From a virus, in the IMG/VR virus record IMGVR_UViG_3300021963_000027, positions 32,001 to 96,000 of that record: DNA of 64,000 nt; one strand, written 5' to 3'. Made by a program: the position numbers and the translations under genes. Of this stretch, positions 24,970 to 32,148 are shown piece by piece. The notes beneath the pieces were generated by a model that made no database searches, was not told the origin of the DNA, and saw only the letters and a program-made list of their open reading frames with translations. How positions within the stretch are numbered: position 1 is the first letter of the stretch; every line of letters starts with the position of its first letter.

Positions 24970-26094
24970 ATGCCTACTACCAATACTACCACTGCTACCA
25001 TCCCCGCCTCCGCCCGTGCAGCATTCATCGCTGCCCTCGTCAAACTCAATCGTCGCGCTGCTCGCTTGGGCTGCGCACCACTGACAATCGTATCGACAGT
25101 CGATACGATCGTGGAGATCGACAGAGTGAAGTTCCCTGCGCTCCGTCTCGAAATCGCAGGTACAACACCAACTTTTTCAGGTTGGACGTTTGCCGCCTCT
25201 GTCGAAGCACTTGACACTGGAAAAAACATCTTCCATGGTGCTAGCGACATCCCTGCGCGATTCGCTAGCACTGGTCACGCCTGTGAGCATTGCAACCAAA
25301 ATCGCAAGCGCAACTCCAGCTTCATCTTGAGCCATGAAGCAGGTGACTACAAGCAGGTTGGTTCGACCTGCATCAACGACTTCCTCGGTGGTAATCACTT
25401 GCCAGTGTTCAATTTCCTCTCGAATGCGCGTGAGATTCTCAGCGAGTTTGAGAGCTTCGCAAACGCTACCATTGACAGCGTGAGCGTGATCACCACCCTC
25501 GTGGCATCCGCCGCCACGATTCGAGAGCATGGCTTCGCGAAGAAAACAGGATGGGATGGTGAAGGTGCGCGTCCCACGGCATCTCTCGTCGAATCGTTTC
25601 TTTTGGACGTTCGCAACCCTAAGCGTTTCGTTCCTGACATCACGGAAAACGATGAGGCGAAAGCAGAAGCCGTTCGCGCTTGGTTGGTCAACCACGAAGG
25701 AACGCAAAGCGATTACCTGCAAAAGCTGATCGACTTGGCAGCAGCAACACGGGTGTCATCTCGAAACATCGGTATCCTCGCATCGTCCATCGCCGCCTAT
25801 GATCGCGAGTTAGAGCGCAAAGCACAAGTCCTTGCCAGTCCTTCCAATCACGTTGGAACGGTGGGCAAGCGTGAGTCGTTCACCGTCTCTCTCACTGGTT
25901 GCAAGGTGCTTCCCGACTATGGCTATGGTTGCTCAAATCTCTATTCATTCAAGGACGAAAACGGCAACATCCTGAAGTGGAAAACACAAGCGCAACTCGA
26001 ACGCACTGGCACGTTCCAGATCACTGGAACGGTGAAATCACACGGTGCGTGGAACGGCGTGAGTGAAACCGAACTGACTCGGTGCAAAGTCTAA
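24970..26094 (+). CDS. Phage protein with CxxC and a probable C-terminal OB-fold
   Basis: CEHCNQNRKR, VGSTCINDF; C-terminal HVGTVGKRESFTV...FKDENGNILKWKT...ITGTVKSH...TELTRCKV. Confidence 0.75.
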   Translation: MPTTNTTTATIPASARAAFIAALVKLNRRAARLGCAPLTIVSTVDTIVEIDRVKFPALRLEIAGTTPTFSGWTFAASVEALDTGKNIFHGASDIPARFASTGHACEHCNQNRKRNSSFILSHEAGDYKQVGSTCINDFLGGNHLPVFNFLSNAREILSEFESFANATIDSVSVITTLVASAATIREHGFAKKTGWDGEGARPTASLVESFLLDVRNPKRFVPDITENDEAKAEAVRAWLVNHEGTQSDYLQKLIDLAAATRVSSRNIGILASSIAAYDRELERKAQVLASPSNHVGTVGKRESFTVSLTGCKVLPDYGYGCSNLYSFKDENGNILKWKTQAQLERTGTFQITGTVKSHGAWNGVSETELTRCKV

Positions 26095-26159
26095 CATCTA
26101 ACATCTAACATCTAACATCTAACGCCCACGGTCTAACAGATCGTGGGCGTTTTTTTTTT
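26091..26159 (+). terminator. (CTAACAT)x4.7 plus hairpin copy 2 followed by a long T-run: probable intrinsic terminator ending the array
   Basis: GCCCACG...CGTGGGC 26124-26148, then G and a long T-run. Confidence 0.75.
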
Positions 26160-26168
26160 GCGTACTGG

Positions 26169-26242
26169 TAGTCTAGTTTTTTAATTCAACTTTTTAAAAA
26201 CTAGGGGGGTCTGTTTGGATTTGCTTTAGTTTTTAAAAACTA
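26169..26242. repeat. Inverted copy of the array motif plus perfect 16-bp palindrome TAGTTTTTAAAAACTA
   Basis: 26169-26186 is the reverse complement of AATTAAAAAACTAGACTA; palindrome at 26227-26242. Confidence 0.8.
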
Positions 26243-26392
26243 GGGTAGGGGGGGTGTATGCCATGGCTAAATAATTTTTTATATAATTCTTGGAAATTCG
26301 CCCATTGAAAAAAATTTTTTTTATATGAAATTTTCCAATTTTCCTATATTCGCGCCCTCCTCAAAAAATTTTTTTTGGTATTTTTTAGCGAA

Positions 26393-27247
26393 TCACATAA
26401 TGGACATTGTTCTCATATGCTTACCGATCATGACATTGAACATTTCATCTAGAGCATATTTAAATTGATTAATATATTCCCAAGCTTCGTCTTCATCTTC
26501 CAATCGATAATTACGTGCTGTCGATTTACCCCATGCTTGTTTGTTACTGTCTTGTAGAATTTTTGGGGGATCATTGAAGTCCAATTCTCCATCATGTAGT
26601 AACCAATAGGCAAATGCTTCGTGATAGAATTCTGCGGGTCTTACGAGCTTACCCATTCTTGCGCTACGGAACTTACCGATCTTTTGGAAGAAGTCTCTTA
26701 CATAATAATCAGATGAATAGCGTAAATCTCTGGAATTACTTGTGTTTATATTATAAGCTTGTTCAAAAAGATTTTTAAGGATGTTTGATATATTTCTATT
26801 AATATAATTTAAATCATTATTCCTTCTAAATGTTGCTGCAAAGCTATGACCGATTCTATGAGCGATTGTCCATGGAGTCAGAGGGACTTTTTCTGCTGCT
26901 GCGTTATTGGTGAAGAATACTGTGATTTGGTCGTTCTGTGGTTCGGGAAAATCTTTACCTACTTCCAGACCCAAATGTTCTTTTACAAATTCGGGAGTCA
27001 CTAGACCTTTTTCTGCTTCTTTCCATGCATTAGGTAACTTTACGAAATATAAATTAAAATCCCAATTACCAATTCTATTGAAAGTATTTTCCAATTTCTT
27101 CAGACCAGCAGGAGATGACAAAATACCAATGGATGCTTTGTCATAACCGTGTCTGTTCTTTCTGTCCTCCCACTTTCCAATCTTTTGGAGATTGGTCAGA
27201 GCCATTTCTTGGTAGATTTGTTGTAGGGAGATTTCGTCTCTATTCAT
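26393..27247 (-). CDS. Hypothetical late protein (AHRIGH motif)
   Basis: 284 aa; TAAATA-N5-ATG. Confidence 0.8.
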   Translation of the reverse strand: MNRDEISLQQIYQEMALTNLQKIGKWEDRKNRHGYDKASIGILSSPAGLKKLENTFNRIGNWDFNLYFVKLPNAWKEAEKGLVTPEFVKEHLGLEVGKDFPEPQNDQITVFFTNNAAAEKVPLTPWTIAHRIGHSFAATFRRNNDLNYINRNISNILKNLFEQAYNINTSNSRDLRYSSDYYVRDFFQKIGKFRSARMGKLVRPAEFYHEAFAYWLLHDGELDFNDPPKILQDSNKQAWGKSTARNYRLEDEDEAWEYINQFKYALDEMFNVMIGKHMRTMSIM

Positions 27248-27286
27248 TCTATTATTTAATCAATAGACCATTCGACTTCTTTTATT

Positions 27287-28390
27287 TTAAGGGAATATGT
27301 CTTCTTGGTGAAAGAAATAGTAAATTGCTGCTTGGGAGATAATTAAGATAATGAATGCTGCAATGACCCATCCCGTAGGAATCAGGAAATCTGTGTCTTT
27401 ATACATTGTCCATTCATGGGATTGGAAGTCTTTGCGGACAATCGCTTTCAATTCTTTTAGGATATCATCGTTTACGGGATTTGTTAAGAACAGAGTTTGG
27501 ATATTTTGTTTCACCAATTCACTCTTAGACCAACCAAAGACATAGCACCAATCAGCGGAAGCGTTTTTAGTCCCTCCATGACAGATCACCAGATCATTCT
27601 TTTTACCGTTTTGCCAGTGAGCCTGAATATATTTCGCCTTTTCAATGCTATCTGTCTTTACTAGAATGAGGTTGACATGTTTCTGCGGTCCGAGCGCACT
27701 ATTCATTTTGTCCCAATTCCAGATATCAATGGCAGTGTCACCGATGATTCTCGATGAACTGAACGTGGCATTGTCGGGATAATTTGGTAGTCCCATTTTT
27801 TGAGCCTCTTCTTTGGAGATCTTTTGATAATTATGTAGTGTTTTACTATTTTTCAGAGGGTTCATCCATGTTCTGATTTTCGTTACAGGGTAATCACAAA
27901 ATTCAGGATCATCATTCACATAGGAAATATAATCGTTTCTATCACCGCTATCATAATCAGGACGATAACCCTTTTCTACGGAGATTCCGTGTTTCTCCGA
28001 GATTTGATCAAAGAACCAAGGCTCGATATCATACCTACCCAAAGTCGTTTCCACCCACCATTTGGGGTAATGTGTCTCCCGTTTTGTTTCAGGGACTGTG
28101 TATGATGTGGTGTTGCCTTTGCTGTCAGTAGAATAATGTGTTACCAATTCTATCCACTCTGCTTCCCACTTGGGAATATGAACTGCTTTTTCAACCTTTC
28201 CTGAATGAGTCTCTGTATCTCTTTGATTGGAACACTTCGACAAACCCAAGACCATCGAAATTGTTACCAGAGCAGCGGCGATTCCCACACCGCTTTCTCT
28301 GATATCAATCGTATGGAATTTAATCCATGCGAAAACCCCCGCCGCAACGGGGATAATCATCAATAAGAATAACCAATATCCGAATGTCAT
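27287..28390 (-). CDS. Membrane protein (N- and C-terminal TM segments)
   Basis: Hydrophobic N-terminal helices and a C-terminal helix; coupled to the upstream LemA-like gene. Confidence 0.8.
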   Translation of the reverse strand: MTFGYWLFLLMIIPVAAGVFAWIKFHTIDIRESGVGIAAALVTISMVLGLSKCSNQRDTETHSGKVEKAVHIPKWEAEWIELVTHYSTDSKGNTTSYTVPETKRETHYPKWWVETTLGRYDIEPWFFDQISEKHGISVEKGYRPDYDSGDRNDYISYVNDDPEFCDYPVTKIRTWMNPLKNSKTLHNYQKISKEEAQKMGLPNYPDNATFSSSRIIGDTAIDIWNWDKMNSALGPQKHVNLILVKTDSIEKAKYIQAHWQNGKKNDLVICHGGTKNASADWCYVFGWSKSELVKQNIQTLFLTNPVNDDILKELKAIVRKDFQSHEWTMYKDTDFLIPTGWVIAAFIILIISQAAIYYFFHQEDIFP

Positions 28391-28950
28391 TACTTGATCC
28401 AGTTGGAGTTATCTTCCCCTGTTTGGAAATTCTCTTTGGTTTCCGCACTTGTCACGATCACGACTTGGATTTCCTGTTTACCAAACATCTTGAGAATGAT
28501 GCCTGATGGGAATTGAGTGATCATATCGTCTCCTTGTCTTTTGATTTCCAAAAGACGGGTTTGAGAGAATTGCCAATCCTTACGACCAGCCACAATGATA
28601 TTCTGTAGATTAGTCAAAGTCTTGACTTCCGTAATCGTCGGAACCGCTTCTTGAACCATACCCACAGTCACCAATTGACCTTCTCCTGCTGTGTTACCCC
28701 CTCTTGCCTGAGCATAACCAGTAATAATATTCGTCAGAGCTTCCACTTCCTTATCGGATACAGATGCTGCTTCTCGAATCGCCTTTCGTGTATTATCCAA
28801 CACGTTCTTATTATCTTCCTGTGTAGCTTTCGCCAAATTCTCCAATTTCGTGTAGCCATTGAAGCTACCGATAGCGGAGAACAAGAAGATAAGACCAAGG
28901 AAGACAATACTTCCACCTGCAACCAATGATGTAATTAATGTTTTATTCAT
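28390..28950 (-). CDS. Membrane-anchored coiled-coil protein, LemA-like
   Basis: N-terminal TM, SFNGYTKLEN...NVLDN, EAVP, LTNLQNIIVAGRKDW. Confidence 0.6.
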   Translation of the reverse strand: MNKTLITSLVAGGSIVFLGLIFLFSAIGSFNGYTKLENLAKATQEDNKNVLDNTRKAIREAASVSDKEVEALTNIITGYAQARGGNTAGEGQLVTVGMVQEAVPTITEVKTLTNLQNIIVAGRKDWQFSQTRLLEIKRQGDDMITQFPSGIILKMFGKQEIQVVIVTSAETKENFQTGEDNSNWIK

Positions 28951-28983
28951 TTCGCAAGTATCTTACCCTATTTTTTTATTTTG

Positions 28984-29373
28984 TCAATAGGGTTGCCATT
29001 CCCAATCACCGTTTTTCATTTCCCAACAATTACTCAAAAATGTTTCTCGGTATGCCGAGTGATTACCCTTTTCAATAATAACATCATCTGTATTAATAGC
29101 GTATTTTGTCCAATCTCCATCAATATTTTTAATATTTACAATATCCCATAAACGATTTTCTATTTCCACTGTCTCCATCTGTCCTTTATTCCTACGCATT
29201 TGGGGTACGATAATTTTGAGTAATTCCGTATCCTCCGACTTCAAAAAATGTCGTTCCCAATTCTCAAAAAGAGTCGCAAGATACAATCTTTCAAATTCGC
29301 TCAATTCGGGAGTGACATCATCTCTGTAATCCAACACCTTTTTCCATTTTTTCAATAATTCGTCGCTCGACAT
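28984..29373 (-). CDS. Hypothetical protein whose N-terminus resembles the gp23 N-terminal prodomain
   Basis: KKWKKVLDY...LATLFENWE versus this window's gp23 AKWRKVLDY...TAMLLENQE. Confidence 0.7.
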   Translation of the reverse strand: MSSDELLKKWKKVLDYRDDVTPELSEFERLYLATLFENWERHFLKSEDTELLKIIVPQMRRNKGQMETVEIENRLWDIVNIKNIDGDWTKYAINTDDVIIEKGNHSAYRETFLSNCWEMKNGDWEWQPY

Positions 29374-29411
29374 AGAAAAATATTACTCCATTTTTTATTT
29401 TTGTCAACCCC

Positions 29412-29439
29412 TTGACTTATTTAAAAACTAGAATACAAT
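29412..29439 (+). promoter_or_regulatory. Sigma70-type promoter containing the array motif in its spacer
   Basis: TTGACT(29412-17)-16 nt (TATTTAAAAACTAGAA)-TACAAT(29434-39)-N6-ATG29446. Confidence 0.7.
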
Positions 29440-29445
29440 CAGAAC

Positions 29446-29640
29446 ATGAAAGACAGATATACATTATACACAGAACCTAATGGAGATCGATGGATTTCCG
29501 CTCCCATAAATGGGGGAGACATTGGTGATCTTTCTGATATCGTGGAAGAACTCAACATGCTTTACAATAAAAACAAAGCATATGCAAAAATAATTGAATC
29601 ATACGAGAAAAGACTTGACAAATCGGAATCTCGTGATTAA
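29446..29640 (+). CDS. Hypothetical protein
   Basis: Isolated motif copy upstream. Confidence 0.7.
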   Translation: MKDRYTLYTEPNGDRWISAPINGGDIGDLSDIVEELNMLYNKNKAYAKIIESYEKRLDKSESRD

Positions 29641-29653
29641 ATACTTACTCAAT

Positions 29654-29725
29654 TGCGGGATGGAGCAGTGGTAGCTCGTCTGGCTCATAACCAGAAGGTC
29701 GTCGGTTCGACCCCGACTCCCGCTA
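29654..29725 (+). tRNA. tRNA-fMet (CAT)
   Basis: TGCGGGATGGAGCAGTGGTAGCTCG; TCTGG-CTCATAA-CCAGA; unpaired first position; resembles the initiator; no CCA. Confidence 0.9.
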
Positions 29726-29731
29726 CATAAA

Positions 29732-29802
29732 GCGTCCTTGATGTAATGGTAACATGCCTTCCTTCCAAGTAGGTTACGTGGGTTCGAGTCCCACAGGACG
29801 CT
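29732..29802 (+). tRNA. tRNA-Gly (TCC)
   Basis: GCGTCCT/AGGACGC; loop CTTCCAA; GTGGG-TTCGAGT-CCCAC. Confidence 0.9.
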
Positions 29803-29950
29803 CCCAAAAATAAAAAAACTTGAAAAAGTTGAAACAAATGCTAAATACTAATAACAACATGAAATACGAACAATATAATCAAGAGAAGGCAGCGACACCG
29901 AATAGGTGGCGGCGTGAATGATTGTGTTTTAGTGCATATTGAATTTCGCG

Positions 29951-29976
29951 CCTCATCTGAAAAGATGAGGTTTTTT
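29951..29976 (+). terminator. Intrinsic terminator
   Basis: CCTCATCT-GAAA-AGATGAGG-TTTTTT. Confidence 0.85.
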
Positions 29977-30055
29977 ATTTTAGAGGTGAACGAAGCAACC
30001 TGAATTGCTAGAGAGTGGTGAAAGACTAATAGAGAATGTTGAAGTATATTTTAAT

Positions 30056-30128
30056 TCCCAAGTAGCTCAGTTGGTAGAGCGCGTGACTGTTAATCACGTT
30101 GTCGTAGGTTCGAACCCTACCTTGGGAG
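30056..30128 (+). tRNA. tRNA-Asn (GTT)
   Basis: TCCCAAG/CTTGGGA; CGTGA-CTGTTAA-TCACG. Confidence 0.95.
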
Positions 30129-30133
30129 CAGAA

Positions 30134-30209
30134 GGGTGTGTAGCTCAGTTGGTAGAGCAAGAAGCTTTTAACTTCGTGGTCATAGGTTCAAATCCTGTCA
30201 CACCCACCA
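30134..30209 (+). tRNA. tRNA-Lys (TTT)
   Basis: GGGTGTG/CACACCC-A-CCA; loop CTTTTAA. Confidence 0.93.
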
Positions 30210-30210
30210 T

Positions 30211-30285
30211 GCTTCTATCGTCTAATGGTTAGGACAGGTGGTTTTCATCCACCAAATAAGGGTTCGATTCCCTTTAGAAGTGCCA
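30211..30285 (+). tRNA. tRNA-Glu (TTC)
   Basis: GGTGG-TTTTCAT-CCACC; ends GCCA. Confidence 0.93.
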
Positions 30286-30287
30286 AT

Positions 30288-30358
30288 GCCTCCATAGTTC
30301 AATGGTAGAACCCCCGATTTGTAATCGGGAGATACAGATTCGAATTCTGTTGGAGGCT
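30288..30358 (+). tRNA. tRNA-Thr (TGT)
   Basis: GCCTCCA/TGGAGGC; CCCGA-TTTGTAA-TCGGG; no CCA. Confidence 0.9.
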
Positions 30359-30386
30359 CTTGACAAAATAATTTTTATGATACAAT

Positions 30387-30473
30387 GTGTTACCGCCAAA
30401 GTTGGAGAGTTGGGAATGACTGTAAATCATTTGCCTTCGGGCTGAGTAGGTTCGAATCCTATGTAACACACCA
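30387..30473 (+). tRNA. tRNA-Tyr (GTA)
   Basis: AATGA-CTGTAAA-TCATT; long variable arm with TTCG loop; ends ACCA. Confidence 0.93.
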
Positions 30474-30476
30474 TAT

Positions 30477-30549
30477 CGGGAGTTGATGTAACTTGGTAGC
30501 ATGAGGCATTTGGATTGCTTTCGTCAGAGTTCAAATCTCTGGCTCCCGA
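30477..30549 (+). tRNA. tRNA-Pro (TGG)
   Basis: CGGGAGT/GCTCCCG; AGGCA-TTTGGAT-TGCTT; no CCA. Confidence 0.88.
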
Positions 30550-31111
30550 CTATTTTTTTCATATTCCAAAATCCATCACCAGCTAAAAAATGATCTTCTA
30601 TATGACAAGTGGGACATAATATTTTTAAATTTTCTAATGTGTTATTGTGTCTATTTCTATCTATGTGATGCACTTGTAAAATTTCTGGATATTTATCATA
30701 TCCACACCCAAAACATTTTTTATCATTAGCCCTAAAAGCTATATCTCTGTAATTAGTAATACCAGTTCCATAATGATCTGGTCTTATTTCTGGAAAATGA
30801 TTTTCTAATCGTTGTGCATTATCTTTACACACTCTACTACAAAAATATAACCCAGATTTACTTTTATTAAGATGTGATTGTCTCCTTTTAAATAAATTTT
30901 TACAAAAAGAACACGATATATTAACCATACTTCTTCGAGAAGTAGTATCTGCCCAGCATTTATGGGAACAAAAATTTTCAGAATTATTTTTGAAAATTCT
31001 TTTAGGTCTATCAGAAACTTCACCACATCCATCACATTTAAATTCTACGAATGTTCTCAACTTCCCTTCGGTATCTCTCTTTTTAAAATCTCTAATAATT
31101 AAAGTGGGCAT
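30524..31111 (-). CDS. HNH homing endonuclease with N-terminal Cys-rich Zn-binding repeats
   Basis: LQVHHIDRNRHNNTLENLKILCPTCHIEDH; CDGC, FCSHKC, CSFC, FCSRVC. Confidence 0.9.
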   Translation of the reverse strand: MPTLIIRDFKKRDTEGKLRTFVEFKCDGCGEVSDRPKRIFKNNSENFCSHKCWADTTSRRSMVNISCSFCKNLFKRRQSHLNKSKSGLYFCSRVCKDNAQRLENHFPEIRPDHYGTGITNYRDIAFRANDKKCFGCGYDKYPEILQVHHIDRNRHNNTLENLKILCPTCHIEDHFLAGDGFWNMKKIVGSQRFEL

Positions 31112-31169
31112 AATATAATACTTACACTTTTATCCACTTTTTACAAATATATTTATCCACATTTTTAAT

Positions 31170-31243
31170 TGGGCGTTAGTGTAATGGTAGCACCGCAGAT
31201 TTTGATTCTGTTAGTAGAGGTTCAAGTCCTCTACGCCCTACCA
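31170..31243 (+). tRNA. tRNA-Gln (TTG)
   Basis: GCAGA-TTTTGAT-TCTGT; AGAGG-TTCAAGT-CCTCT; ends ACCA. Confidence 0.92.
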
Positions 31244-31273
31244 CAATAACTTCAATTTCTCAAGTCAATATAT

Positions 31274-31284
31274 TAAATAATATT
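31274..31284 (+). promoter_or_regulatory. T4-like late promoter TAAATA 5 nt before ATG (example; same pattern before at least 15 late genes)
   Basis: TAAATA-atatt-ATG31285; also before 32149, 39636, 56799, 57104 (+) and 10655, 27247, 37635, 41003, 46743, 47271, 49845, 50326, 51000, 55589, 56770 (-). Confidence 0.8.
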
Positions 31285-31659
31285 ATGATTACATTTTCAA
31301 AATTTTTCGAATTGTTTTTAGAAAATTACAATGAAGTTCGGATATACAATAGTGTGGTGCGTCTTCCCATGGATAAACCTTATGGCTTTTGGATGGATAA
31401 GCATGGTAATTTCGCAGTTGTTAAAGGTGGAATGGGAGCGCATGAAAAAATTGGTAATTTGATTTTGGATCAACTTGGTATAGATTCAGGAGGAAGTGTG
31501 TATGAAACATTATTTGAAAATGGTTGGGTTCGTGTCATGTTAGACAGGGGTAAAACATATTATGAGATTCAACATGGAAGAAGATTAACTCCTATTCAAA
31601 GACGTAATTTATCTTTTATTAACGAATTCTACGAATTAAAAGGAGTTGAAGAAGGTTAA
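31285..31659 (+). CDS. Hypothetical late protein
   Basis: MITFSKFFELFLE N-terminus; late promoter. Confidence 0.8.
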   Translation: MITFSKFFELFLENYNEVRIYNSVVRLPMDKPYGFWMDKHGNFAVVKGGMGAHEKIGNLILDQLGIDSGGSVYETLFENGWVRVMLDRGKTYYEIQHGRRLTPIQRRNLSFINEFYELKGVEEG

Positions 31660-31666
31660 TATTTTT

Positions 31667-32140
31667 ATGAGAACATTTCTAGAATCCTTTTATGATATCC
31701 AAGAGCTATCTCCGAATAGTAAGCTACAGGATATCTTGAATACTCACTATCTCAAAGTCTATCGTTCATCGGCTCGTCCCAATAAGAGTGATTATACTTC
31801 AGGTTCTCATGCAGGAACTAAACAACAAGCTCTAATTCGTGCCGATTATATGATCAATGATGAAGGGAAATACGACAAGTATTATCTTTATGAATTGACA
31901 ATTCGAATTGATAAAGTGTATCCCAAGTTACTATCTGATGATGGAACAGATCATGGATATGATTATGTAAAAGATTTAGGTGATTATGATATTGCTTTCT
32001 ATAAAAATACAGGAGAAGGTGATATCAGAAACGAAAATCTTTCCATTATCATCATCAATCCTGATAGCGTGGTTGAATCTAAAATGGTCGAAGAGATCGA
32101 TGGAGAGTATTTAACAGCAATGCAGGACGAATTATATTAA
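31667..32140 (+). CDS. Hypothetical protein
   Basis: ATG31667 (MRTFLE) within the 31646 ORF. Confidence 0.75.
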   Translation: MRTFLESFYDIQELSPNSKLQDILNTHYLKVYRSSARPNKSDYTSGSHAGTKQQALIRADYMINDEGKYDKYYLYELTIRIDKVYPKLLSDDGTDHGYDYVKDLGDYDIAFYKNTGEGDIRNENLSIIIINPDSVVESKMVEEIDGEYLTAMQDELY

Positions 32141-32148
32141 ATAATAAT

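Noticed and set aside
25177-25722. 181-aa - strand ORF (and similar antisense ORFs such as 1708-2283 and 58552-59130)
   Set aside because: These are antisense to clearly real genes and lack the motif or late-box start signals.
30005-30502. ORFs 30005-30232 (+) and 30299-30502 (-)
   Set aside because: They overlap canonical tRNA genes and are spurious.
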